A stretch of DNA of 64,000 nucleotides. It comes from Squalus acanthias. Its lineage: Eukaryota. The stretch is from positions 124,001 through 188,000 of the forward strand of contig JASTWF010000350.1 in the NCBI GenBank assembly GCA_030390025.1. The letters run 5' to 3'. The notes below the pieces were generated by a model, which ran no database searches, was not told the origin of the DNA, and saw nothing but the letters and a program-made list of their open reading frames with translations. Below are positions 25,826 to 38,152 of this stretch, piece by piece. Position 1 is the first letter of the stretch, and every line of letters begins with the position of its first letter. The translations under genes and the position numbers were made by a program.

Positions 25826-27363
25826 CTTCCTGAGTCATGGTAACACCCCTCGTCATTGTCACCTCCCCAGTCATTGTCACCTCCCTAGCCATGGTCACCT
25901 CCCTAGTCATAGTCACCTCCCTAGTCATAGACACCTCCCTAGTCATGGTCACCTCCCTAGTCATGGTCACCTCCCTAGTCATGGTCACCTCCCGAGTCAT
26001 TGTCACCTCCCTAGTCATTGTCACCTCCCTAGTCATGGTCACCTCCCGAGTCATTGTCACCTCCCAATCATTGTCACCTTCCTAGTCATGGTCACCTCCC
26101 GAGTCATTGTCACCTCCCTGGTCATTGTCACCTCCCTAGTCATTGTCACCTCCCAATCATTGTCACCTTCCTAGTCATGGTCACCTTCCTAGTCATGGTC
26201 ACCTCCCGAGTCATTGTCACCTCCCTAGTCATTGTCACCTCCCTAGTCATTGTCACCTTCCTAGTCATGGTCACATCCCTAGTCATGGTCACATCCCTAG
26301 TCATGGTCACCTCCCTAGTCATTGTCACCTCCCTAGTCATTGTCACCTTCTTAGTCATGGTCACCTCCCTAGTCATTGTCACCTCCCTAGTCATGGTCAC
26401 CTCCCTAGTCATGGTCACATCCCTAGTCATGGTCACCTCCCTAGTCATTGTCACCTCCCTAGTCATTGTCACCTTCTTAGTCATTGTCACCTCCCTAGTC
26501 ATTGTCACCTCCCGAGTCATTGTCACCTCCCTAGTCATGGTCACCTCCCTAGTCATGGTCACATCCCTAGTCATTGTCACCTCCCTAGTCATTGTCACCT
26601 CCCTAGTCATTGTCACCTCCCAATCATTGTCACCTTCCTAGTCATGGTCACATCCCTAGTCATTGTCACCTCCCTAGTCATTGTCACCTCCCAATCATTG
26701 TCACCTTCCTAGTCATGGTCACATCCCTAGTCATTGTCACCTCCCTAGTCATTGTCACCTCCCAATCATTGTCACCTCCCTAGTCATTGTCACCTCCCTA
26801 GTCATTGTCACCTTCTTAGTCATTGTCACCTCCCTAGTCATTGTCACCTTCTTAGTCATGGTCACCTCCCTAGTCATGGTCACCTCCCTAGTCATGGTCA
26901 CCTCCCTAGTCATGGTCACCTCCCGAGTCATTGTCACCTCCCTAGTCATTGTCACCTCCCAATCATGGTCACCTTCCTAGTCATGGTCACCTTCCTAGTC
27001 ATGGTCACATCCCTAGTCATGGTCACATCCCTAGTCATGGTCACCTTCCTAGTCATGGTCACATCCCTAGTCATGGTCACATCCCTAGTCATGGTCACAT
27101 CCCTAGTCATGGTCACCTCCCAATCATTGTCACCTCCCTAGTCATGGTCACCTCCCAAGTCATTGTCACCTCCCTAGTCATGGTCACATCCCTAGTCATG
27201 GTCATCTCCCAATCATTGTCACCTTCCTAGTCATGTTCACCCCCCCAGTCATGGTCACCTCCCGAGTCATTGTCACCTCCCGAGTCATTGTCACCTCCCT
27301 AGTCATGGTCACGTCCCTAGTCATGGTCACCTCCCCAGTTATTGTCACCTCCCTAGTCATGGT
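25826..27363. repeat. 18-bp minisatellite, block 1
   Basis: Tandem CCTCCCTAGTCAT(G/T)GTCA with some 17-bp variants. Confidence 0.97.
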
Positions 27364-29687
27364 TGAAGGGATAATTACAAGTCCTAGCCCTTCTCGGGCT
27401 ACCCCAGATCAGGCGTATTCCCCAGATGTTCCCCTTCAACTAAAGTTAGAGATAGCCGAATCCTATAAGACGCTTAATTGGGTCTAAAGGTCAGACTATC
27501 TCTCCCTAAAGGAAAGGAACGACCTGAAGATATTACCATCCTCCGGATAGCACTTTTAACAAGTTTAACTAGACTGTAACCTTCCGGATATTATGAGGGT
27601 CCGGAAAACCCCCCAGAATTCTGCAACTCCTTACAAAAGAGTGTACAGAGATTGAGTTCGCGAGTTTGATACAGAAATACTCTGTGAGACAATTTTAAAA
27701 ATATATAGATTTATTAAAGAACCTACATGTAGTTAACAGCTTTTGATTTCAATCGCAACTTTAACAGTCCAAAATACAAATAGTTTACATTTCTTATCAG
27801 AGATCCTTATTCTCAAATCTTAACTTCGTTACATTTCCACACTTCTACTTATTTCTTAATCCAGAATATCCACCAAAATCAAATACCTTGATTACCCGAG
27901 ACTCAAAGAGTTGTAGGCCTACAGAGTGGTTCTGAAGGTGAGAATCGCTTGCCTTCCCAGCGACTTCTGACTTTCTGTCTGAAAAGCTCTATTTTTATAC
28001 CTTTTTTTAGTGGTTTATCCTTTGAAGTTTTCTGCTGATGTAAGCTAATTATCTCTCGCCATACCTCTGTTGACTTCTTTCTATTCTTACTGTTAATTCA
28101 GCTGTTAGCTTTCAGAATCCTGTCTGCTGTATAGGTGTCTCAAAACTTATCATAAAAAATAATGTAACAGCAGTATCTATTTGATGCTATTCTTACGAGG
28201 TCTCCTATTGATTTCTTAATATTGGCTTAACTGCTTGTATTACAGACTTCTCGTCTCCTTGTATTCCAAGTTCAACACATAAACAATGTGATTGCTTGGT
28301 ACATCTATTGATGTAATATTTTCAAAGTGTTCTGTTGTGTACCTTTTACAATATGTAAATCAAAACCACTTCAACCAGGGTGTTTGTTTTCCTAGCCATC
28401 TTAGTTGGTTATATATGTAATCGTGTTTCCTGTTTCATTTGATGTTACTTTTACAAAGGCACATGGGGGGAAAAATTCAGTTGGTTGCACCTCCTGTTAG
28501 CGCCTTAAGATGGCGCTAATGGGGCGCAAAGCATCTAGCGCCCAGGCGCGGCGAAGTTTGCGCCGCTCGCGAAATTAACTAGACATTTTGCGGCGGCGCT
28601 AAACACTAACCGCCACGATCTCCTGCGCCGGCAGATCGTGACATCAGTCGAGTGCGCAACGCCCCGGAGCGGATATTGAGTGGCGCCCCCTGCCTTACCG
28701 CCTGACGCAAGCAACGACAGGTTGAGGGGAGCGTTCTGCAGTCATGAAGGGAAAGGGGGAGCGCTATTTAAAGGTGACTGCTTCCTGCCTTTTATTGTTG
28801 GTGCCATTTTTGAACTATGCATTCTGAGAGAGAGAGGGAGAGACTTCTGGAGAGATTCAACGCTGTGTGAAGGAGTTTTGGGTACTGAGCAGCACTTTGC
28901 AGGTTCATTTTGATTTGCCATTCCTTGTATCGATTTAGAAGAGATTGTGGGGGCTGCACTCTGAGCTCTTTGCCTGGTACTCTCCATTGTTCTTTCCAGC
29001 AGATTTGATGTGCAGGTCTCTCCAGGCAGAGATTCAAGGCTGCAATGAGCAGGATGTGGATGGAAAGCAAGATTAACCATCCCCTTTAAGAACTGGCCCG
29101 TGCCATTGTGTGTGTGTTCCATTGCTGACTGACATTACATGAGCTTCGCCAGCGCTCTGAGGTAGCGCCTCGCTCCTCGGCCTTTGCGCCTTAAGACAGG
29201 TGTGAAGCGCCTGATTTAGCGCTCCAATCACCTCCAGGGGCGATAAAAGTCAAGTTTGCAGTCGGTGGCGATAATTAGCGCCAGGCGCTAATCTTTGCGC
29301 CCAGGCCGATAATTGCGCCCCAAATGGGGCGATACTGAATTTCTCCCCCATGGTTTTTTAATGTTCTGTGTTTCTGTTCGACGTGTTAGCTTTTAACACT
29401 TTACTTGGGCATTGCTATTGTGTTGGTTCCAAACTACAGACTCCTTGGAACCAACTCTTTGCTTCTTCAATAGGCCATTGTCTCAGTGTCAATAACCAAT
29501 CTTTATCTCAAAAGCCTGTATGGTGTTTACAGCTTTGTGACTCATCTTATCACAGAAGCTTGTATTTACAGCTTGTGTCGTTGAGGCTTTTAGATTTTTA
29601 AACTCAGTTTGTCATGTTTTAATAAAATCAGAATTCTGTTCATAGGATGGTGTATTTTTCTGAATAGGTTTGGCTCATTCCTTTACA
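27364..29687 (-). mobile_element. Long solo LTR (~1.44 kb excluding the nested Harbinger)
   Basis: TG...CA ends (TGAAGGGA...TCCTTTACA), 4-bp TSD TGGT (27360-27363, 29688-29691), minus-strand TATAAAAA (27992-27999) then AATAAA (27710-27715). Confidence 0.75.
28466..29349. mobile_element. Non-autonomous Harbinger (884 bp) related to 19079-23166
   Basis: TIR GGGGGAAAAATTCAGT (15/16 match), TSD ATG; both ends homologous to the full-length element. Confidence 0.92.
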
Positions 29688-32580
29688 TGGTAACCTCCCT
29701 AGTCATGGTCGCATCCCAAGTCATGGTCACCTCCCAATCATTGTCACCTTCCTAGTCATGGTCACCTCCCAATCATTGTCACCTTCCTAGTCATTGTCAC
29801 CTCCCAATCATTGTCACCTCCCTAGTCATGGTCACCTCCATAGTCATGGTCACCTCCCTAGTCATGGTCACCTCCCCAGTCATGGTCACCTCCATAGTCA
29901 TGGTCACCTCCCTAGTCATGGTCACCTCCCCAGTTATTGTCACCTCCCTGGTCATGATCACTTCCCTAGTCATTGTCACCTCCATAGTCATTGTCACCTC
30001 TCGAGTCATGGTCACCTCCCCAGTTATTGTCACCTCCCTAGTCATGATCACCTCCCTAGTCATGGTCACCTCCCTAGTCATGATCACCTCCCTAGTCATG
30101 ATCACCTCCCTAGTCATGGTCACCTCCCCAGTTATTGTCACCTCCCTGGTCATGATCACCTCCATAGTCATTGTCACCTCCCTAGTCATTGTCACCTCTC
30201 GAGTCATGGTCACCTCCCCAGTCATTGTCAACTCCCTAGTCATGGTCACCTCCCCAGTCATGGTCACCTCCCCAGTCATGGTCACCTCCCCAGTCTTGGT
30301 CACCTCCCTAGTCATGGTCACCTCCCCAGTCATGGTCACCTCCCCAGTCTTGGTCACCTCCCTAGTCATGGTCACTTCCCTAGTCTTGGTCACCTCCCTA
30401 GTCATGGTCACTTCGCTAGTCTTGGTCACCTCCCTAGTCATGGTCACTTCCCTAGTCTTGGTCACCTCCCTAGTCATGGTCACTTCGCTAGTCTTGGTCA
30501 CCTCCCTAGTCATGGTCACTTCCCTAGTCTTGGTCACCTCCCTAGTCATGGTCACTTCCCTAGTCATGGTCACCTCCCCAGTCATGGTAACAGCCCTAGT
30601 CATGGTCACTTCCCTAGTCATGATCACCTCCCTAGTCATGATCACCTCCCTAGTCATGGTCACCTCCCCAGTCATGGTCACCTCCCTAGTCATGGTCACT
30701 TCCCTAGTCTTGGTCACCTCCCTAGTCATGGTCACTTCGCTAGTCTTGGTCACCTCCCCAGTCATGGTCACTTCCCTAGTCTTGGTCACCTCCCTAGTCA
30801 TGGTCACTTCCCTAGTCATGATCACCTCCCTAGTCATGGTCACCTCCCCAGTCATGGTCACCTCCCCAGTCATGGTCACTTCCATAGTCTTGGTCACCTC
30901 CCCAGTCTTGGTCACCTCCCTAGTCATGGTCACCTCCCCAGTCATGGTCACTTCCCTAGTCTTGGTCACCTCCCTAGTCATGGTCACTTCCTTAGTCTTG
31001 GTCACCTCCCTAGTCATGGTCACCTCCCTAGTCATGGTCACTTCCCTAGTCTTGGTCACCTCCCTAGTCATGGTCACCTCCCTAGGCTTGGTCACCTCCC
31101 TAGTCATGGTCACTTCCCTAGTCTTGGTCACCTCCCTAGTCATGGTCACTTCCCTAGTCATGGTCACATCCCTAGTCTTGGTCACCTCCCTAGTCTTGGT
31201 CACCTCCCTAGTCATGGTCACTTCCCTAGTAATGGTCACTTCCCTAGTCTTGGTCACCTCCCTAGTCATGGTCACTTCCCTAGTCTTGGTCACCTCCCTA
31301 GTCATGGTCACTTCCCTAGTCATGGTCACCTCCCCAGTCATGGTAACAGCCCAAGTCATGGTCACTTCCCTAGTCTTGGTCACCTCCCTAGTCATGGTCA
31401 CTTCCCTAGTCTTGGTCACCTCCCTAGTCATGGTCACTTCCCTAGTCTTGGTCACCTCCCTAGTCATGGTCACTTCCCTAGTCTTGGTCACCTCCCTAGT
31501 CATGGTCACCTCCCTAGTCATGGTCACCTCCCTAGTCATGGTCACTTCCCTAGTCTTGGTCACCTCCCTAGTCATGGTCACTTCCCTAGTCATGGTCACC
31601 TCCCCAGTCATGGTAACAGCCCTAGTCATGGTCACCTCCCTAGTCATGGTCACTTCCCTAGTCATGGTCACTTCCATAGTCTTGGTCACCTCCCTAGTCA
31701 TGGTCACCTCCCTAGTCCTGGTCACCTCCCTAGTCATGGTCACCTCCCTAGTCCTGGTCACCTCCCTAGTCATGGTCACTTCCCTAGTCATGGTCACCTC
31801 CCCAGTCATGGTAACAGCCCTAGTCTTGGTCACCTCCCTAGTCATGGTCACTTCCCTAGTCTTGGTCACCTCCCTAGTCATGGTCACCTCCCTAGTCCTG
31901 GTCACCTCCCTAGTCATGGTCACTTCCCTAGTCATGGTCACCTCCCCAGTCATGGTAACAGCCCTAGTCATGGTCACCTCCCTAGTCATGGTCACTTCCC
32001 TAGTCATGGTCACTTCCATAGTCTTGGTCACCTCCCTAGTCATGGTCACCTCCCTAGTCCTGGTCACCTCCCTAGTCATGGTCACTTCCCTAGTCATGGT
32101 CACCTCCCCAGTCATGGTAACAGCCCTAGTCATGGTCACCTCCCTAGTCATGGTCACTTCCCTAGTCATGGTCACTTCCATAGTCTTGGTCACCTCCCTA
32201 GTCATGGTCACCTCCCTAGTCATGGTCACTTCCCTAGTCTTGGTCACCTCCCTAGTCATGGTCACTTCCCTAGTCATGGTCACTTCCCTAGTCATGGTCA
32301 CCTCCCCAGTCATGGTAACAGCCCTAGTCATGGTCACCTCCCTAGTCATGGTCACTTCCCTAGTCATTGTCACCTCCATAGTCATTGTCACAGCCCTAGT
32401 CATTGTCACCTCCCAAAGTCATGGTAACATCCCTAGTCATGGTCACCTCCCTAATCATGGTGACATCCCTAATCATTGTCACCTCCATAGTCATTGTCAC
32501 CTCCCTAGTCATTATCACAGCCCTAATCATGGTCACCTCCATCGTCATTATCACCTCCATAGTCATGATCACTTCCATAA
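29688..32580. repeat. 18-bp minisatellite, block 2
   Basis: About 160 tandem units, with CTTGG, CACTTCC and GTAACAGCC variants. Confidence 0.97.
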
Positions 32581-32902
32581 CCACAGCGAGGGAGCAGTGT
32601 TGGTAGTTGAGTCTGATTGCAGGTCCACATACCATGTGTGGCAAAGGTGCCCTGTTGCACCTTTGGTGAAGCCTACTCTTCTAATGCACATCTCTTCGCT
32701 GCGATTTTGTTCTCATCTGCATAGTTTTTGGTGGGGTGGATGGGGCTCGGAGGTGGGAGCGATAATACCTGGAAGGGTGCATTCTTCTATAAATGTCTCT
32801 CCATTCATCTATCCTCTCCTGCTCCTCCTTGATTATGGCATACTAAGCTATGCCCATAAAGAATGCATACATGCACCTGGGAAGCCCTCACCGTGGATGG
32901 GG

Positions 32903-34040
32903 ATAGAATCATAGAAGCATAGAAATGCACAGCAATGAAGGAGGCCATTCAGCCCCTCGTGCTCATGCTGGCTCTTAGAAAGAGCAGTTGTGCTTAGTTT
33001 CACATTCCCACTTTTTACCTGTAACCCTGTAAGTTTCTCATCCTCAAGTGCCTGTCCAACTACAATTATTCCATCACCTTTTCAAGTAGAGCGTTCCAGA
33101 TCCCGACAACTCTCTGAGTGAAAAAAATTCTCTTCATTCCCGCTCTAAATCTTTTTCCAATGATTTTGAATCTATGACCTCTGGTTATTGACCCACTCGC
33201 CAGAGGGAATAATTTTTCTCCATCTACTCTATCAAAACCTATCATCTTGAAAACCTCTATTAGGTCACCTCTTAACCTTCTCTGTTCCAAGGAAAACAGT
33301 CCTAACTTTTACAACCTCTCCTCATAACTGAAGTCCCTCATCCCTGGTGACATCATGGTAAACCTCCTCTGTACCCTTTCTAAGGCCTTTACATCTTTCC
33401 TGAAGTGTGGGGCCCAGAATTGTCCACGATACTCCAACTGAGGATTTATAAGGTTCTAGCATGATCTCTTTGCTTTTATATTCTATTCCTCTCTTTATAA
33501 ATTCAAGTAACCCATTTGTTTTTTAACCATATATATCAACTTTGCCGAGTTTAGTATCATCTGCAAACTTTATAATGCTGCTTCCTTTAAGGATTTGTGT
33601 ATACGGACACTAAGATCTCTCTGTTCATCTACACTTTTCAAAATCATGCCATTTATGTTATACTGTCTTTGCATATTAGTCCTCCCAAAGTGCATCACTT
33701 CACACTTCTCCGCATTGAACTCCATCTGCCATGCTTCTGCCCATTTCACCATCCTGTCTGTGTCATCCTGAAGCCTATAACTATCCTCATCACTATCTAC
33801 TACTTTTCCGAGTTTTGTATCATCTGCAAACTTTATAATGCGGTTCCCTACACCCGAGTCTACATCATTTATAAAAACTGACCCTTGGGGAACACCACTG
33901 CAAACCACCTCCCAGTCTGAAAAACTTCAAACCTCCACCATACTTTGCTTCCTGCCACGGAGCCAATTCCGTATCCAAACCACCACTTTCCCCTTAATTC
34001 CATGGGCTTCCATCTTCTTAATAAGCCTTCCGAAAGTCCA
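32903..34040 (-). mobile_element. Old CR1 3' fragment (duplicate at ~39298-40435)
   Basis: FADD and RRLRGDLIEV motifs; ATAGAATCATAGAAGCATAG tail. Confidence 0.85.
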
Positions 34041-34044
34041 TATG

Positions 34045-34783
34045 GTCATAGAGTCATAGAGTCATAACGGCACAGAAGGAGGTCATTCGGCCCATTGAGT
34101 CTGTGCTGGCTCTCTGTGGAGCGATCCAGTCAGTCCCATTCCCCCGCTCTATCCCCGTATCCTGCAAGTTTATTTCCCTCAAGTGCCTATCCAGTCTCCC
34201 CTTGAAAACATTGAGTGTCTCCGCTTCCACCACTTCCGTCGGCAGCGAATTCCAGGTCCTCACCACTCGCTGCGTAAAAAAGTTTTTCCTCACATCCCCC
34301 CTGTATCTCTTGCCCAAAACCTTAAATCTGTGTCCCCCTAGTCCTTGTACCATCAACTAGTGGGAACAGCCTTTCCCCGTCTAGCCTATCCAAACCTGTC
34401 TTAATCTTGTACACCTCTATCAAATCACCCCTCAACCTCTTTTGCTCTAATGAAAACAAAGTCAGCTTCTCCAACCTGTCCTTGTAGTTAAGATTCCCCA
34501 TCCCCGGAACCATTCTGGTAAATCTCCTCTGCACCCTCTCAAGGGCCTTCACATCCTTCCTAAAGTGTGGTGACCAGAACTGGACGCAATACTCCAGTTG
34601 TGGCCTAACCAGCGCTTTATAAAGGTTCAGCAGAACTTCTCTACTTTTGTACACAATACCTCTATTTATGAAGCCCAAGATCCCATATGCTTTGTTAACC
34701 ACTCTCAATATGTCCTGCCACCTTCAGGGACCTATGCACATTAACTCCCAGGTCCCTCTGTCCCTGCACACTCTTTAAAACTG
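34045..34783 (-). mobile_element. CR1 3' fragment, same subfamily as 13363-15110 (duplicate at ~40440-41178)
   Basis: Close similarity to 14375-15110; (GAGTCATA)n tail. Confidence 0.9.
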
Positions 34784-34789
34784 TGCCAA

Positions 34790-35850
34790 AACTAGCACAA
34801 AGGAAGATGGTTGTGGTGGTTGAAGGTCAATTATCAAAGCCCCAGGATATTGCTGCAGGAGTTCCCCAGGGCAGTGTCCTAGGCCCAACCATCTTCAGCT
34901 GCTTCATCAATGACCTTTCCTCCAACATAGGTTCAGAAATGGGGATGTTCGCTGATGACTGCAGTGTTCAGCGCCATTCACAATTCCTCAGATAATGAAG
35001 CAGTCCATGCCCGCATGCAAAAAGACCTGGACGACGTTCAGGCTTGGGCTGATAAGTGGCAGGTAACATTCGTGGCACATTGTGCCAGGCAATGACTATC
35101 TCCAACAAACGAGAGTCTAACCACCTCCCCTTGACATTCAAAGGCATTACCATCGCCGAATCCCCCACCATCAACATCCTGGGGGTCACCATTAACCAGA
35201 AACTTAACTGGACCAGCCACATAAATACTGTGCCAACAAGAGCAGGTCAGAGGCTAGGTATTCTGTGGTGAGTGTCTCACCTCTTGACTCCCCAAAGCCT
35301 TTCCACCATCTACAAGGCACAAGTCAGGAGTGAGATGGAATACTCTCCACTTGCCTGGATGACTGCAGCTCCAACAACACTCAAGAAGCTCGACACCTTC
35401 CAGGACAAAGCAGCCCGTTTGATTGGCACCCCATCCACCACCTTAAACATTCACTCCCTCCACCACCGGCGTACCGTGGCTGCAGTGTGTACCATCTACA
35501 AGATGCACTGCAGCAACTCGCCAAGGCTTCTTCAGCAGCACCTCCCAAACCCGCGACCTCTTCCACCTAGAAGGACAAGGGCAGCAGGCGCATGGGAACA
35601 CCACCACCTCCAAGTTCCCCTCCAAGTCGCACACCATCCTGACTTAGAAGTATATCGCCGATCCTTCATCGTCGCTGGGTCAAAATCCTGGAACTCCCTA
35701 CCTAACAGCACTGTGGGAGTACCATCACCACACGGATTGCAGCGGTTCAAGAAGGCGGCTCACCACCACCTTCTCAAGGGCAATTAGGGATGGCAATAAA
35801 TGCTGGCCTTGCCAGCGAAGCCCACATCCCATAATCAAATTTTTAAAAAT
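34790..35850 (+). mobile_element. LINE family B 3' fragment (duplicate at ~41185-42247)
   Basis: [21 protein letters not shown] motifs; AATAAA end. Confidence 0.9.
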
Positions 35851-35957
35851 CTGTACAACATCTTCTGCACTACCTTGATTCACGTTCTCTGATCACAATC
35901 TCCCATTGGTCTCATACTCCTACAAACCATGAGAACCAATTGCAATGCCAGAATGCG

Positions 35958-36245
35958 ACAACAACAACAATGACTTGCATTTATATAGCACCTTTAACAT
36001 AGTAAAATGTCCCAAGGCGCTTCACAGGAGTGTTATCAGAAAAATTTGACACCGAGCCAGATAAGGCGATATTAGGACAGGTGACCAAAAGTTTGGCCAA
36101 ACAAGTAGGTTTTAAGAAGCGTCTTAAAGGAGGAGGGAGGTGGAGAGGTTTTGGGAGGGAATTCCAGAGCTTGGGGCCTTGGTATCTGAAGGCACGGCCA
36201 CCAATGGTGGGGCGATGGAAATTGGGGATGCTTAAGAGGCCAAAA
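35958..36245 (-). mobile_element. L2-like LINE 3' end (duplicate at ~42355-42642)
   Basis: (CAA)n then TTGCATTTATATAGCACC, the reverse of the tail also seen on the Deu-type SINEs here. Confidence 0.6.
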
Positions 36246-37069
36246 CAGAAAGAATCACTCCAAAAAGTAATTTACAGCTTCACAAATCACTCCCTGAATT
36301 ATCTCAGGCTCAAAACAACTCCTCATTTTCTGACTGTCCCATCCATTCCCGAATGCAGGCCGTACCTTTCATATCTCGCGTTCGAACTTACCCTCAGTGC
36401 TTTGCAAGTATAAAAGCTGGAAATCCGGGGCTACTCTGGGCCCTCATTATCATATATTTAAATGAGTCACAGGAAGGCTCAGTGGGCTTCAGATGGCCCA
36501 AAGAGCAGGATCGCGTTTGGAAACTCGAGGGGATCTATTCTTGGGGGAGCAGGAACTTGGCAACAACAGCCTCTGCCCCAACTCTGGCCAGCCAAATCAA
36601 TTGCTCAGATTACAGGCCGCAGAAACACGGAAAAGGGTGGGAAACTTTGGGCCATATCGGCCAAACTGTCCCACTCCTCACTTGGACCAAGCACAACCCT
36701 CTCCCCCCACTCCTCCGCCCTCAAATATCCCACACAATGAATATTCCTGAGTTCTGTGGGAATGTTTTGTGTTGATACCTCTTTAGAGAGTAGTCGAAGC
36801 CATTCATTTCAGAAAAGTAACAACATTTTATTAATTAACCAGAACATGTTAAACTTACAGGACTGGCAGGAGCCAGTGCTGAGCTGCACGAGTCTGCAGC
36901 CCAACCTACTCACACACACAGGAGAGACAGCGAAAGAGTCACATGCATGACGCATACGCCATGCAGGTACAGAAAACTAGCGCCCCGCATCACCTCTTTC
37001 CCCTCACAGAAAAAGATACAGGGGGCTATTTACCCCGGGTACTTTAGGCGCTAAAGAGTCTCCGAGGTG

Positions 37070-38152
37070 GTCAATTTTATCCGGAAATTCTCTCAGGACA
37101 TCACTGAAAGAGAGTCAGTGCTGTGCTACTGTACCTTATTGGACACCTAATAAGAGTCACCAGGAGAAAGGGAGTGCTTAATCATGGGGATCTTGCTAGG
37201 GATCCCCCTTGGTCTGTAGGAGGAATTGGAGGAGGAGATAAGGCCAGGCAGAGCAGCACCAGCTGCTGTGGGAGAGAGGGAGAGGAGGGACAGGAGGGCG
37301 AGGGAGGGTCCACATTTGTGGTGACTTGCTGCATGCTCCACAATCTGGCGATCATGAGAGACCAGCCTTTACCACCAGCAATTGTGCCAGAGGGTCAAGC
37401 TCAGGAGCCACAAGAGGAGGAGGAGGAAGAAGTTGAGGAGGAGGAGGAATACGAGGGGGACCTGGGGGAGCACCAGAGGGTTCCAGATAGACGGCCCGCA
37501 ACTGGGAGAGACGTTCGCCGCCATCTAATTGAAGAGCGCTTTTGAGAGACACCCGTCACCATCAGACTTCGGAGCACTGTTGCTACATGCCTTACATTCC
37601 ACGATTGAGGATCCATTAAGAAGTCCACCATCTGTACTCAATCCTTTCAACCCCTTCCCCATGAAGAACACAATAAAAAAGATCACCAATCCCAGCACTA
37701 CCCAGTTACCATAATCAGTCTTTATCTGCAGCAAAAACAAACAATGGGAACATGACACAACTAACAAATATTAAACTATTCACCCTGGTGCTTACCCTTA
37801 GCAGCTATCCTACAAGTGCTCTTACCTACTCTGGTACTTCTACGAGTTGCAACCCGAGTGGCAGCAGCAGGTGAGGTGAACGGCTGCTGAGAATCTGAAG
37901 ATGTCCTCCTGTGACGCCTTCGAGAGGTTGTGGGCCGTGAAGACCCCACCTCAGACTGCACCATCTCATCATGGGCTTCAGCAGTCTGGGCCACCTGGCT
38001 GACAGGCAACTACAAGGGCAATGGTGGAGTGGCAGGGGAGAGAGTAGGAATGCTGCCATCTGGAGAGAGGCCAGTAGGTTCCTGCTCCATGATTCCCACG
38101 CCACTATCTCGGGGTGTCTGTTCAGCCTGCCCACTGATCTGCTGGAGGACAG
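37070..38152. mobile_element. Harbinger remnant (transposase C-terminus on +, Myb-gene 3' end on -), cut by the duplication junction
   Basis: VVTCCMLHNLAIMRDQPLP, poly-E, VRRHLIEERF matches the C-terminus of the 19515 transposase. Confidence 0.8.

Noticed and set aside
25826..32580. CRISPR-like appearance of the repeat array
   Set aside because: No unique spacers and no cas genes; eukaryotic context.
29794..32914. 870-1028-aa ORFs (His-rich GHLPSH, VMVTSL and MTREVT repeats)
   Set aside because: An 18-bp unit without stops gives open frames on both strands; the array has 17-bp units and TE insertions, and no gene context.
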